Part shown: positions 36,130-49,207 of the stretch, piece after piece
Numbering within the stretch: position 1 is the stretch's first letter
Layout of the letters: each line of letters starts with the position of its first letter
Assembly: GCA_023487035.1 (NCBI GenBank)
Contig: JAMDEN010000098.1
Span: 1 to 56,511 of the forward strand
Length of the DNA stretch: 56,511 nt
Reading direction: 5' to 3'
Source: Actinomycetota bacterium
Lineage (GTDB): Bacteria > Actinomycetota > Humimicrobiia > Humimicrobiales > Humimicrobiaceae
Position numbers and translations under genes: made by a program
Notes under the pieces: model-generated
The model's input: the letters and a program-made list of their open reading frames with translations, nothing else
Database searches by the model: none
What the model was told of the DNA's origin: nothing

Positions 36130-37233
36130 ATGAAAGTTGCTATTGTACATGATTACTTAAATCAATATGGAGGAGCTGAGAGGGTAGTTGAAGTATTAAA
36201 TGAAATTTTTCCTGAAGCTCCAATTTTTACTTCTATTTATTTAAAGGAAAATATGCCTGAAATTTTTACAAAAATGGATATAAGAACATCTTTTATGCAG
36301 CATTTTCCATTTCTAAAGAAACATTTTAAAAAATATTTATTTATTTACCCTAAAGCTATAGAAAGTTTTAACCTTAAGGGATTTGATTTGGTAATTAGCA
36401 GTAGTAGTGCCTTTGCTAAAGGCGTAAAGGTATCAAAAAATACATGTCACATATGTTATTGTTATACACCAATGCGATTTGTATGGGATTATAATAATTA
36501 TATTAAAAATGAAAATTTTAATAAATTTTTTTTAAAATTCCTGCCACCAGTAATTAATTATTTAAGAAATTGGGATTTAAAAACTAATAAAAGGGTAAGT
36601 TATTTTATAGCAATTTCAAAAAATATTAAAAGCAAAATAAATAATTTTTATTCAAGAGAAGCTGAATATATCTATCCTCCAGTAGATTGCTCAAAATTTA
36701 AAATATCTGATAAAATTGAGAATTATTTTTTAATAGTTTCAAGACTGAATGCATATAAAAATATTGATCTTGTAATAAAATCTTTTAATAAATCTAATTT
36801 AATATTAAAAATAGTTGGTACAGGACCTTATGAAAAACAATTAATTAATATGTGCACGAATAGTAATATAGAGTTTTTGGGAAAAGTTTCTGATGAGGAG
36901 TTAAAAAATATTTATTCAAATTGCAGAGCTTTTATTTTTCCAGGAGAAGAAGATTTTGGAATCGCGCCTTTAGAAGCTCAAGCTTCCGGCAGACCCGTAA
37001 TAGCTTATGCTGCCGGTGGTGCTCTTGAAACAATAGTTGAAAATGAAACAGGTATTTTCTTTAAGGAAAAAACATCAGATTCTTTTGATGAGGCACTAAA
37101 TGAATTCATAAAGAAAGAAGATAGTTTTAATCCTGTAAAGATAAGACAAAATGCATTAAAATTTGATAAGGAAATTTTTAAATCAAATTTTAAAAATAGT
37201 ATAATGCAAAAATATCAGGAATTTTTTGCTTAA
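36130..37233 (+). CDS. Glycosyltransferase family 4 (GT-B)
   Basis: MKVAIVHDYLNQYGGAERVV and EDFGIAPLEAQASGRPVIA (E-x7-E). Confidence 0.85.
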   Translation: MKVAIVHDYLNQYGGAERVVEVLNEIFPEAPIFTSIYLKENMPEIFTKMDIRTSFMQHFPFLKKHFKKYLFIYPKAIESFNLKGFDLVISSSSAFAKGVKVSKNTCHICYCYTPMRFVWDYNNYIKNENFNKFFLKFLPPVINYLRNWDLKTNKRVSYFIAISKNIKSKINNFYSREAEYIYPPVDCSKFKISDKIENYFLIVSRLNAYKNIDLVIKSFNKSNLILKIVGTGPYEKQLINMCTNSNIEFLGKVSDEELKNIYSNCRAFIFPGEEDFGIAPLEAQASGRPVIAYAAGGALETIVENETGIFFKEKTSDSFDEALNEFIKKEDSFNPVKIRQNALKFDKEIFKSNFKNSIMQKYQEFFA

Positions 37234-37298
37234 GGATTTTTTACTTAATTTATAATAATTTTTCAAAAATAAAGCTTAATCATATTAAAAATATAATT

Positions 37299-38426
37299 AT
37301 GAAAATTGCCATAGATGCAACCATAGTAAGAAAAGAAAATACGGGAACAGGTTTTTATATCATTAATCTTTTAAATGGTTTACTAAAAAAAGATAATAAA
37401 AATGAATATATTGTATTTATAGATGGAAATGTTGCAAATAAATTATTAAAAATAAAAAAAGATAATTTTAAAATTATTAATAAAAATTTCAGATATAAAT
37501 TTTCAAGAATATTATGGCAATTATTTTTATTGCCTATAGTTTTAAAAAAGAACAAAGTCGATGTTTTGCATTCTTCTAATTATGTTACTCCTTTATATAA
37601 GCTTGGGTTTAAAATTATTGTAACAATTCATGATTTAACTTTTTTATTATTCCCGGAAAAATATACAATAATGAAGAGATTATTTTATAAAATTATGATT
37701 CCATTTTTTGTGAAAGTATCTGATAAAATTATAGCGATATCAAACAATACAAAAACTGATATTTTAAAATATTTTAAATTAAATGATGATAAAGTAACTA
37801 TAGTTTATGCTTGTTGCTCTGAAAATTTTAATAATATTGTTGATGAAATAAAAGCTAAAGAAGTTCTTCTAAAATATGAAATAAAAAAAGATTATATGCT
37901 TTTTGTCGGGATGATAGAACCAAGAAAAAATATAATCTCAATTTTAAGAGCATTTAAGGAAATTGATAAAGATATTAATGCTGATTTAATAATTGCAGGT
38001 AAAAAAGGATGGTATTTTAAAGAAATTGAAGAATTTATGAAAAATGTAAAAAATATGGATTTAAAAAACAATATTATTTTTACAGGTTATGTACCTGAAG
38101 AAGATATGAAATATCTTTTCCAGAAAGCTTTATTCTTTATTTTTCCTTCATTTTATGAAGGTTTTGGTCTTCCACCTTTACAGGCAATGGCATGTGGAAC
38201 ACCTGTTATAACTTCCAACATCTCTTCCCTCCCTGAAGTTGTAGGTAAAGCTGCTATTTTAATTAATCCATATGATTTACATGATTTATCTGAATCAATG
38301 AAATTTTTATATTTTAATTCTGAAAAAAGAAAAGAGTTATCAAATTTAGGGTTAGAACAATGTAAAAAATTTAATATAGATAATATCGCAATTAATGTAA
38401 TTAAAATATTTGAAAGTCTTGCTTAG
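37299..38426 (+). CDS. Glycosyltransferase family 4 (GT-B)
   Basis: [26 protein letters not shown]. Confidence 0.85.
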   Translation: MKIAIDATIVRKENTGTGFYIINLLNGLLKKDNKNEYIVFIDGNVANKLLKIKKDNFKIINKNFRYKFSRILWQLFLLPIVLKKNKVDVLHSSNYVTPLYKLGFKIIVTIHDLTFLLFPEKYTIMKRLFYKIMIPFFVKVSDKIIAISNNTKTDILKYFKLNDDKVTIVYACCSENFNNIVDEIKAKEVLLKYEIKKDYMLFVGMIEPRKNIISILRAFKEIDKDINADLIIAGKKGWYFKEIEEFMKNVKNMDLKNNIIFTGYVPEEDMKYLFQKALFFIFPSFYEGFGLPPLQAMACGTPVITSNISSLPEVVGKAAILINPYDLHDLSESMKFLYFNSEKRKELSNLGLEQCKKFNIDNIAINVIKIFESLA

Positions 38427-38438
38427 ATTTATATAAGT

Positions 38439-39722
38439 ATGCTGGAAATAAAAAAAGTTGATAATTTTATAAGATATTTTTTAGTTGCAGTTCCTGCAGC
38501 ATTTTTATTATTCAATAAATATCCTTATTTGCAAATATTTTCAGTTATATTATTAATAATTATTTCACTTATATTTTTTTTACTAAAATTTTCAATTATT
38601 AACCAAAATAAGGATATACTTTTTCTTCTTTTGATAATATATTTTTATTTCATTATCAGTTATTTATTTTCAGGACAGAATTTAAAACTTTTTTTTACAT
38701 ATAAATTTTTAAGATATGATGGAAATTTTTTCTTTTGCTATATATTATTTTTTGTTTTGTCAGTTCCTTTTTTTAATTATAGAAAAGCATTAAATATTTA
38801 TTTTAAAATCAGCTTTTTTATTTTTACGTTGGTATCCTTATTTGGGATTACAGAATATTTATTTGGGAAAACATTATATACCATACAAAGTGATCCTTAT
38901 GCCGGTAAATTTTTTCATGCTTTTAATGTTACTCATAATGCTACCGGTTCTGTTTATTCTATAATCTGCATCTTTGCATTAGTATTTTTTTTAAGAGAAA
39001 AAAATTTATATAAAAAAATTATTTATATTTTTGTATTGGCTAGCTGCATGCTTGGATTGTTTATTACTAAAAGCAGAGGAAGCTATGTTGGATTTGCGAT
39101 GGCATTAATTTTTGTTTTATGGATGAATTACCGTTCTGTTAAAAAATTTTTTATTTCTATATCAATAATTATTGGTGCATCGGTTCCATTTATTTATATT
39201 ACAGGTGCTTACAAAAGAATATTACAAATTTTTGATTTTAAAGCAACAACGCTTGTAAGATTTGATTTATGGGAAAGAGCATGGAATTTATTTTCCAGTA
39301 GCCCTATTTTCGGAGTAGGTTTTGGAAGATATAATGATAATTTTGATTATACAAGGCTACAGGGAATAAGGGGATTTTTTAATTTATATATAGATCCAAA
39401 TTTTATTATAAATGATGCTCATGCTCATAACGCATATCTTCAATTTTTATCAGAAACTGGTATTTTTGGATTATTTTTACTTTTATTATTCTGGTTTTTA
39501 TGTTTTTATAAAATAAATAGAGCATGTATAAATACAAAGGACGAATTTTCAAAAAAAGTGTATTTATGTGGATTAGGCTCAATAATAAATTTATTAATAA
39601 TATCTTTAACTGAAAATTATTTGTCAGCAACAACTGTTATGGTTTGTGTTTCAATAATCATAGCTTTAAGCCTTGGATTAATTTGGCAAGATAATAAATT
39701 AAAAATTAATAATATAGATTAA
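38439..39722 (+). CDS. O-antigen ligase/polymerase family (Wzy_C-domain) integral membrane protein
   Basis: About 10-12 hydrophobic helices, with the periplasmic-loop motif DAHAHNAYLQFLSETGIFGL typical of WaaL/Wzy-type proteins. Confidence 0.75.
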   Translation: MLEIKKVDNFIRYFLVAVPAAFLLFNKYPYLQIFSVILLIIISLIFFLLKFSIINQNKDILFLLLIIYFYFIISYLFSGQNLKLFFTYKFLRYDGNFFFCYILFFVLSVPFFNYRKALNIYFKISFFIFTLVSLFGITEYLFGKTLYTIQSDPYAGKFFHAFNVTHNATGSVYSIICIFALVFFLREKNLYKKIIYIFVLASCMLGLFITKSRGSYVGFAMALIFVLWMNYRSVKKFFISISIIIGASVPFIYITGAYKRILQIFDFKATTLVRFDLWERAWNLFSSSPIFGVGFGRYNDNFDYTRLQGIRGFFNLYIDPNFIINDAHAHNAYLQFLSETGIFGLFLLLLFWFLCFYKINRACINTKDEFSKKVYLCGLGSIINLLIISLTENYLSATTVMVCVSIIIALSLGLIWQDNKLKINNID

Positions 39723-39815
39723 ATAGTTCAATTAAATATAAAATATAAATTTATTAAATTAACATATAAAAATTTTAAGATTAAAATAATTTTTCAAAAA
39801 TAGTAAAATTATTAA

Positions 39816-41697
<1,882 letters not shown>

Positions 41698-41700
41698 ATT

Positions 41701-42957
41701 ATGAAAGTAATAGAAACAAAAAATTTAGGGAAAAAATATATAATATCTCACCAAGGTATAAGCGAATATCAGACATTAAGAGAAACAATAACAGATAAAG
41801 CAAAGAAAATAGTTAAAAAAAGGTCTTATGTAATTCCAAAAAGAGAAGAGTTTTGGGCTTTAAAAAATGTATCTTTTAATGTTGAACAAGGAGAAAGGAT
41901 AGGAATAATTGGAAGGAATGGTGCAGGGAAATCAACTATATTAAAGTTGTTATCTCGCATTACAGAACCTTCAGAAGGGCAAATTAAAATAAAAGGTAAA
42001 ATAGCAAGCTTACTTGAAGTTGGTACAGGATTTCATCCTGAGTTAACAGGAAGAGAAAATATTTTTCTAAATGGGGCAATTCTTGGCATGTCAAGAATAG
42101 ATATCAAAAAAAAATTTGATGAAATTGTTGCTTTTGCAGAAATTGAAAAATTTCTTGATACACCGGTAAAAAGATATTCTTCTGGAATGTATGTTAGATT
42201 AGCATTTTCTATTGCTGCTCATCTTGAACCTGATATATTATTAATAGATGAAGTTCTAGCTGTAGGAGATGCACAATTTCAAAAAAAGAGTCTTGGCAAA
42301 ATGGAAGAAGTTTCTCAACAACAAGAGAGAACAATTCTTTTTGTTAGTCATAATATGCAATCAATAAATAAATTATGTAAAAGATGTATATGGTTGGAAA
42401 ACGGATCAATAAAGGAAGATGGACTTAGTGAAACTGTAACATTTAATTATTTAAATCTTGGCCAAAATAAGGAATCTGAAGTGAATTGGTTATCAGAAGC
42501 TTCTGCACCTGGGGATAAAGAATATATTTATATAAAATCTATTAAAATAAAAAATTCGAATAATACAAGTACCAGCGTTATTTTTGCTGAAGAAGATTTT
42601 TTTATCGAAATTGAATATGTTGTATTAAAAACTTTAAATATATCACAAATTGGGATTTGTTTATTAACTTCAGAGGGAGAATTGATTTTTCAATCGGGAG
42701 ATACAGATTTATCTGGTTTAGAAATACAAGAAAGAAAACCGGGTAATTATATTAGCAGATGCAAAATTCCAGGTTTCTTATTAAATCAAGGTTATTATAA
42801 TATTTCTTTATTTGGGCATATACCAGGAATAAAAATGATAATTAACACAGATAGTATTTTAAGTTTTGAAATTGTTCAGAGATATAATTTAGGTGGATAT
42901 GGAAAGCAACCCGGTTTCTTAAGACCTAAACTTGAATGGGAAATCGAAAAAATATAA
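41701..42957 (+). CDS. wzt: Polysaccharide export ABC ATP-binding protein with an extra C-terminal domain of about 160 aa
   Basis: Walker A GRNGAGKST, signature YSSGM and Walker B ILLIDEV. Residues from about 255 to 418 are beta-rich and extend beyond the NBD. Confidence 0.88.
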   Translation: MKVIETKNLGKKYIISHQGISEYQTLRETITDKAKKIVKKRSYVIPKREEFWALKNVSFNVEQGERIGIIGRNGAGKSTILKLLSRITEPSEGQIKIKGKIASLLEVGTGFHPELTGRENIFLNGAILGMSRIDIKKKFDEIVAFAEIEKFLDTPVKRYSSGMYVRLAFSIAAHLEPDILLIDEVLAVGDAQFQKKSLGKMEEVSQQQERTILFVSHNMQSINKLCKRCIWLENGSIKEDGLSETVTFNYLNLGQNKESEVNWLSEASAPGDKEYIYIKSIKIKNSNNTSTSVIFAEEDFFIEIEYVVLKTLNISQIGICLLTSEGELIFQSGDTDLSGLEIQERKPGNYISRCKIPGFLLNQGYYNISLFGHIPGIKMIINTDSILSFEIVQRYNLGGYGKQPGFLRPKLEWEIEKI

Positions 42958-42972
42958 TGAACTATTTTATAT

Positions 42973-43884
42973 ATGGATACTAAATATTTATTAAAATTTG
43001 GGAAAATAGGTAAAAAATTATTTTATTTTTTTGAAATACTAAAATTTATCAGATCAAAAATAATAAAAAAATTTCGTAAATTATTCGGCATAAATGAAAT
43101 TTCACAAAAGAAAATTACTAAATTTATAGAGAAAAATAAATTAAAAGATAAATTAATTATTGGAAGCTTAAATCCTGATAAAATTTCTATTATAATTTCA
43201 TGTTATAATCATGCACAATATTTAAAAAAGATGTTTGAAAGTGTAATTAGCCAGACTGTTTATCCTGATGAAATAATATTGATTGATGATTTTTCTTCTG
43301 ATAATACTAGAGAAATTTTAAAAGAAATATTATCGAATAATAAAGAAAAATTAAATCTAAAAGTTGTTTATAATAATAAAAACATTGGCCAATGCGCTTC
43401 ATTAAATAAAGCTATTTCTATAACTAATTCGGATTTAATAATGATATTAAATGATGACGATTATTTATTTTATGATGCTGTTGAAATTCTAAAGAAATTA
43501 TTTAAATTAAATAAAGAGATTGCATTAATAGGTTCTACATCAGTTCATTTTGATTCAGATGAATTCCTTGATAATAATAAAAAATATATACTTGATTTTA
43601 TTACATTCGAAGAATTGAAATTAACAATTCATACGCCGGAAGATTTGTTAAATTATAAAAATTATAATGATTTAAATATGACACATTCCGGTTGTACTTT
43701 TTATAAGGAAGTTTGGGATTTTGTAGGAGGATATTTTCCTAATAAAAAAGACAGGTTAGTTCCTTTTTCAGATAGAGATTTTCAGTTAAGGGTTAATATA
43801 TTTTTTAATATCGGTGTTTTATATAATACGCCTTTATCTTTTTGGCGAAATAATAGCAGTGTTGATTATGGCAAAAATTCATAA
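42973..43884 (+). CDS. Glycosyltransferase family 2 with a basic N-terminal extension
   Basis: ISIIISCYNHAQYL, IILIDDFSSDNT and LNDDDY. Confidence 0.8.
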   Translation: MDTKYLLKFGKIGKKLFYFFEILKFIRSKIIKKFRKLFGINEISQKKITKFIEKNKLKDKLIIGSLNPDKISIIISCYNHAQYLKKMFESVISQTVYPDEIILIDDFSSDNTREILKEILSNNKEKLNLKVVYNNKNIGQCASLNKAISITNSDLIMILNDDDYLFYDAVEILKKLFKLNKEIALIGSTSVHFDSDEFLDNNKKYILDFITFEELKLTIHTPEDLLNYKNYNDLNMTHSGCTFYKEVWDFVGGYFPNKKDRLVPFSDRDFQLRVNIFFNIGVLYNTPLSFWRNNSSVDYGKNS

Positions 43885-43964
43885 TTATTTATTTTATTTT
43901 TAACCTTTTATTTTATTTTTAACCTACATAAAATTAAATAAAAGATTTAATTAAATTTAATTCG

Positions 43965-45119
43965 ATGCAAATATTAATAAAATTGCTTAAAAAAATTTAT
44001 AATTATTCCAAATATTCTTATTCAAAAAAAGTAATACATCTATTTCCACAAAGTAGATCAAAGGGTAATATCCTAATTTCATATATAGTTACCCCATTTT
44101 TAAAAAGAAGTAATAAAGAATTTTCCACTTCTCATACAAACCAATGGGAGTGTTTTCAAATTGCAAAAATATTTCTTGATGAAGGTTATTGTGTAGACGT
44201 AATTAACTGGGATAATAAAGAATTTTTACCAAAAAAAAATTACAAGGTTTTTATAGATATTCATAGCAATTTAGAGAGACTCTCCCCTTATCTCAATAAA
44301 GATTGTATAAAAGTCCTTCATATTACAGGAGCTCATTGGATCTATCAGAATTTTAAAGAATATAGTAGGCTTGTGGATATTCAAAATACAAGAAATGTAA
44401 CTTTGATTCCAAGAAGAGTAGTTCCACCAAGTTTAGGTATAGAAGTAGCAGATCTTGCCACTACCGTTGGGAATGAATTTACTATTAGCACTTTTAATTA
44501 TGCTAAAAAGGAAATTTATAGAATTCCATTATCCCCATTAATATTATTTGATTTTCCTGAAGATAAAAATTTTGAAAAATGTAAAAAAAATTATCTTTGG
44601 TTTGGTAGCGCAGGGCTTGTATTAAAAGGATTAGATATTGTTTTAGAAGTTTTTAAAAATTTACCAAATTATAAATTATTTGTATGTGGTCCAATTAAAA
44701 ATGAAAAAGATTTTGAAAAAGCCTTTTATAAAGAATTGTATGAAACAAATAATATATATACTTATGGCTGGGTAGATTTAGAAAGTAAAAAATTTAAAGA
44801 AATATATGAAAACTGCGTAGGTATAATATATCCCTCTTTTTCTGAAGGAGGAGGTGGAAGTGTTATAAGTTGCATGCATGCAGGTTTAATTCCAATTGTT
44901 ACCAGGGAATCTTCTGTAGATATCGAAAATTTTGGGTTTTTAATAACTGATATTACAGTAAAAGGAATAGAAAATTTAATAAAAAAAATATCTTCCCTTG
45001 ATGCAGAAGAGCTTAAATTAAGAAGTATGGCTGCATGGAATTATGTAAGAGAAAAACATACGAAGGACAGTTTTTCAAAAGAATATAAAAAATTTGTAAA
45101 AGAAAAGCTTGGTTTATAA
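43965..45119 (+). CDS. Probable GT-B glycosyltransferase (GT4-like, divergent)
   Basis: C-terminal half contains YPSFSEGGGGSVISCMHAGLIPIV, resembling the E-x7-E region. I did not recognise the N-terminal half. Confidence 0.55.
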   Translation: MQILIKLLKKIYNYSKYSYSKKVIHLFPQSRSKGNILISYIVTPFLKRSNKEFSTSHTNQWECFQIAKIFLDEGYCVDVINWDNKEFLPKKNYKVFIDIHSNLERLSPYLNKDCIKVLHITGAHWIYQNFKEYSRLVDIQNTRNVTLIPRRVVPPSLGIEVADLATTVGNEFTISTFNYAKKEIYRIPLSPLILFDFPEDKNFEKCKKNYLWFGSAGLVLKGLDIVLEVFKNLPNYKLFVCGPIKNEKDFEKAFYKELYETNNIYTYGWVDLESKKFKEIYENCVGIIYPSFSEGGGGSVISCMHAGLIPIVTRESSVDIENFGFLITDITVKGIENLIKKISSLDAEELKLRSMAAWNYVREKHTKDSFSKEYKKFVKEKLGL

Positions 45120-45120
45120 A

Positions 45121-46296
45121 ATGAAAATATTATTTGACCATCAGATATTTGAGATGCAGTTATATGGTGGAATTTCAAGATATTTTTATGAATTAATAAG
45201 TAAAATTAATGAAACAAAATTATGTGAATTTAATTTATCTATAAAATATTCATCCAATCAATATTTAAAAAATGATACTTTTTTTAAAGAAAAAATAAAA
45301 GATTTGAAAAAATATGTTGAGTTTTTACCAAATATCGAATTTAAAGGTAAAGGAATAATTTATAAATTATTGAGATCAATTGGATTTGTTGATTTTCATT
45401 ATAGTGCTAATGAAAATTATTCAATTAATAATATAAAAAAAGGAAATTTTGATGTATTTCACCCAACATATTATAAAAATTATTTTTTAAATTATATTAA
45501 AAGTAAACCATTTGTTTTAACTGTGTTTGATTTAATTCCTGAAATATTTCCACAATATGCAAAAGATGAATTATTTTTTCTTGAGTCAAAAAAAATTTTA
45601 TTAAAAAAAGCAAAGAGAATAATAGCAATTTCCCAAAATACGAAGAAAGATATAATAAATTATTATGATATTAATGATGAAAATATAAATGTTATTTATC
45701 TCGGCAGTTCTTTAAATAGTTTAATTGATTTTAAAAAAATTAATAAATATTTTTTAAATAAAGTTCCATCAAGATATATATTATTTGTTGGGAATAGACA
45801 AGGTTATAAAAATTTTAATTTTTTTATTGAATCTATTTATTCATTATTGATTAAAGATAAATCATTAAATATAGTTTGTGCAGGAGGAAATAATTTTAGT
45901 AATGAAGAGTTGATCTTATTTAACAAATTTAAAATCATTGATAGAATTTTTTATTTTGAGGTTAATAATGATATTTTAAAATATTTATATAGCAATGCTT
46001 TGGTTTTTGTTTTTCCTTCATTATATGAAGGATTTGGTATTCCAATTTTAGAAGCTTTTTCATGTAATTGTCCTATTGTTTTATCAAATTCAAGTTCTTT
46101 TCCGGAAGTTGCAGGTGACGCTGCTATTTATTTTGATTTAAAAGATAAAGAATCACTAATTGAAGCCATAAAATCAATTATTAATAATGATGATTTAAGG
46201 CAAGAATTAATAACTAAAGGGAAAAATCGAGTTAAAGAATTTTCATGGGAAAAGACAATGAAAGAAACCATATCAGTATATAAAAGCATAATTTAA
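45121..46296 (+). CDS. Glycosyltransferase family 4
   Basis: MKILFDHQIFEMQLYGGISRYFYEL and FPSLYEGFGIPILEAFSCNCPIVLSN. I prefer the ATG at 45121 over the track TTG at 45109. Confidence 0.85.
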   Translation: MKILFDHQIFEMQLYGGISRYFYELISKINETKLCEFNLSIKYSSNQYLKNDTFFKEKIKDLKKYVEFLPNIEFKGKGIIYKLLRSIGFVDFHYSANENYSINNIKKGNFDVFHPTYYKNYFLNYIKSKPFVLTVFDLIPEIFPQYAKDELFFLESKKILLKKAKRIIAISQNTKKDIINYYDINDENINVIYLGSSLNSLIDFKKINKYFLNKVPSRYILFVGNRQGYKNFNFFIESIYSLLIKDKSLNIVCAGGNNFSNEELILFNKFKIIDRIFYFEVNNDILKYLYSNALVFVFPSLYEGFGIPILEAFSCNCPIVLSNSSSFPEVAGDAAIYFDLKDKESLIEAIKSIINNDDLRQELITKGKNRVKEFSWEKTMKETISVYKSII

Positions 46297-46373
46297 TATG
46301 TATTATTTGTATTTAATGAAAAAAGTTTTTGTATTTTTAATTTTAAAAGTAAAGAGAGGTAATTTAACTTTTT

Positions 46374-47147
46374 ATGGTTAAAATTTCAATTGTTACTCCA
46401 ACTTATAATAATTTTGAAAAACTTAAATTCAATATTAATAGTGTTTTAAGCCAAAATTTTTATGATATTGAACATATAATAGTTGATAATCTTTCTAATG
46501 ATGGAACAGAAAATCTGATTAAAGAATATATAGGTAAAGCTAAATATCCTGTTATTTATATTAGAGAAAAAGATAATGGTATATATCATGCAATGAATAA
46601 AGGTATTAAAGCTGCTAATGGAGTTTGGGTTCATATTCTAAATTCTGATGATTATTATATTTCAGAAAAAAGTCTAAGTTCTTTAAATATTGAAGAAAAT
46701 TATAAATATGATGTTATTGCAAACACAATAATGGTTAAAAATGAAAAAACAGGATCTATTATTTCAAAATGGATACCATTGTACAATGAAAAAATTAATC
46801 ATTATAATTTCCCGCATTCTGGTATGATAATTAAAAAAGATTTTTATGAAAAATATGGCTATTATGATGAAAAATATAAAATTTTATCGGATTCTATGTA
46901 CTGCATGAAATTTTTACCGTTTGCAAAGTATAAAATAATTGAGAAACCTTTAGTTATAATGCTTAATAGTGGAATATCTAATAAATTTTCATTTACCAAA
47001 TCTAAGGAGCTTATGATTTTTAATTTATTCTACTATCATGGTCCTTTTAAATATAGAATAAAATTTATTATAAAAAATTTAATTTCAGATTTTAAAAATA
47101 TTTTAAAAATAATTTTCAATAAGTCTTTATTGTGTAAAAGAAAATAA
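46374..47147 (+). CDS. Glycosyltransferase family 2
   Basis: ISIVTPTYNNFEKL, IIVDNLSNDGT and LNSDDYY. Confidence 0.85.
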   Translation: MVKISIVTPTYNNFEKLKFNINSVLSQNFYDIEHIIVDNLSNDGTENLIKEYIGKAKYPVIYIREKDNGIYHAMNKGIKAANGVWVHILNSDDYYISEKSLSSLNIEENYKYDVIANTIMVKNEKTGSIISKWIPLYNEKINHYNFPHSGMIIKKDFYEKYGYYDEKYKILSDSMYCMKFLPFAKYKIIEKPLVIMLNSGISNKFSFTKSKELMIFNLFYYHGPFKYRIKFIIKNLISDFKNILKIIFNKSLLCKRK

Positions 47148-47253
47148 TTTAATTTTATTATTATTTTTTATTAGTAATAATTTGCTACAATATTTAATAT
47201 ATTTTCAAAAAAAATCTAAAAAAATAATTCTTTAATTTTATATAATTTACATA

Positions 47254-48204
47254 ATGAATAAACCATTTTTTACAATTGCAATACCTGTTTACAATAGATT
47301 AAATTATTTAAAAGAAGCTGTTAATAGTGCTTTAAATCAGACTTTTACTAATTTTGAGCTTCTCATAATCGACGATAACAGCACTGAAGATAATGTTTGG
47401 GATTATATTTCTTCTTTAAAAGACAAAAGAATAAGAGCAATTAAGAATAAAGAAAATTTGGGTATTGTCCCTAACTGGATTAAATGCATAGAAGAAGCAA
47501 ATGGGAAATGGTTTAAATTTTTATTATCAGATGATATATTATATAAAAATGCTCTTTCATTTTTATATGAGTTAATTAGAAATTATCCTGATAATTTTGT
47601 TATAGTTACCAGTGGTAAAGACTTTAAAGAAATTTCTGAATTAAAAGATTATATTTATAATGAAGAAATAGCAATTAAGAATTCACAAAAATATGTATTT
47701 CCAATTGACAAAATAATCCAGCAAAGAAAAAGATTTAATCAAACATGGGCAAATCCAAATGCGTATACCTTGCTGACCAGTGATTTAAAGAAATTGATAA
47801 AGACTGAAGATTTTAAGAAAGTTGCGAGTATTCTTGGTAAAACGGGTCATTGTGTTGATTATTATATCTTGTATGCTATTGCTTTAAAATATAAGACAAT
47901 GATTGAAGTAGACTTTCCTTTATATGGAACAAGATGTCATGAAACAAATTTTTCAAAAACATATAATCAGGATTTGTTATATCATTTGAGAGGAGATAAG
48001 TTTGTTCATTATTTGTTATATGAATATAAAGGAATAGAAAATTTTTATATAATAAGACATGCTTTTCGTGTATATTTTAATAAACTTTTATCTAATAAGA
48101 GAGCTATTTTTACTTTATATTTTCCAAAAAAAACAATACAATTGTTTATATTTTTATTTGAACATATTTTTAAAATAAATGTCGCATCAAAGCTTACAAG
48201 ATGA
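47254..48204 (+). CDS. Glycosyltransferase family 2
   Basis: FTIAIPVYNRLNYL, LLIIDDNSTED and LLSDDIL. Confidence 0.85.
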   Translation: MNKPFFTIAIPVYNRLNYLKEAVNSALNQTFTNFELLIIDDNSTEDNVWDYISSLKDKRIRAIKNKENLGIVPNWIKCIEEANGKWFKFLLSDDILYKNALSFLYELIRNYPDNFVIVTSGKDFKEISELKDYIYNEEIAIKNSQKYVFPIDKIIQQRKRFNQTWANPNAYTLLTSDLKKLIKTEDFKKVASILGKTGHCVDYYILYAIALKYKTMIEVDFPLYGTRCHETNFSKTYNQDLLYHLRGDKFVHYLLYEYKGIENFYIIRHAFRVYFNKLLSNKRAIFTLYFPKKTIQLFIFLFEHIFKINVASKLTR

Positions 48205-49204
48205 AAAAATTAATGTAATTTGTTTAACTCCAGTAAGAAATGAAGAATGGATAATTAATACATTTCTAAAATGTGCCAGTTTGTGGGCTGATAAAATTAT
48301 TATTTCTGATCAGAATTCCATAGATAAAACTATTAATATAGTTATGAGTTATCCTAAGGTTAAGATTATTAAAAATGATTATGATGAATATAATGAATGG
48401 AAAATAAGGAAAATAACTTATGATGAGGCAAGAAAAATTAAGGGTAAAAGATTACTTATAGCTTTAGATGCTGATGAAGTTTTTACACCTGAAATTTTTG
48501 AAAGCAATATATGGAATAAAATATTATCAGCTTCTCCAGGTACAATAATTAAATCAAAGTTTGTAAATTTATTACCAGATTTAAAACATTACTGGGTTGG
48601 CCCAATTGATTTACCGTGGGGTTTTATGGATGATGGGAGTGATTATATAGCTGAAAAAATACATACTAACAGGATGATTTACCCGGAAAATGCAAGGGAA
48701 CTTTTTATATCGGAAGTAAAAGTAATGCATTTTCAATTTACTGATTGGGAAAGAATGGAAAGCAAGCACAGGTGGTATCAATGTTGGGAACGTATAAATA
48801 ATCCGAATAAAAGTCCAATTGAAATTTATAGATCATATCATCACATGTATTCTATAAAAGATGAAGATATTAAAGAGATACCAGATTCTTGGATAAACTA
48901 TTATCTTAATATTGGTATAGATTTAAAAAATATTAATAAGACAGGTGATTATTATTGGGATAAGCAAGTTCTTAATTATATTAATCAATATGGTGCAAGA
49001 TTTTTTTCAAAAATTGCAATTTGGGATATTGCTTGGGATGAGAAAGCAAAATATTATGAGTTCAATAATCCACAAGATTTTAAAGATCCAAGAATAAAAA
49101 TGGAAAAATATATACATAATTGGTTAAAAAATACACAAAATAATTTTTACAGTTTGCCAAATAGAATTATTTCAAAAATCTTAAAAATAGCTTTTGGATG
49201 GTAA
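48179..49204 (+). CDS. Glycosyltransferase family 2-like protein
   Basis: VICLTPVRNEEWII, IIISDQNSIDKT and ALDADEVF (DxD). 26-nt overlap with the preceding gene. Confidence 0.65.
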   Translation: MSHQSLQDEKINVICLTPVRNEEWIINTFLKCASLWADKIIISDQNSIDKTINIVMSYPKVKIIKNDYDEYNEWKIRKITYDEARKIKGKRLLIALDADEVFTPEIFESNIWNKILSASPGTIIKSKFVNLLPDLKHYWVGPIDLPWGFMDDGSDYIAEKIHTNRMIYPENARELFISEVKVMHFQFTDWERMESKHRWYQCWERINNPNKSPIEIYRSYHHMYSIKDEDIKEIPDSWINYYLNIGIDLKNINKTGDYYWDKQVLNYINQYGARFFSKIAIWDIAWDEKAKYYEFNNPQDFKDPRIKMEKYIHNWLKNTQNNFYSLPNRIISKILKIAFGW

Positions 49205-49207
49205 AAA

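Noticed and set aside
43889-43925. A direct repeat, TTATTTTATTTTTAACCT x2 (43889..43906 and 43908..43925), between two GT genes.
   Set aside because: The repeat is real, but it is short, made of low-complexity AT sequence, and has no associated feature. It is probably slippage noise.
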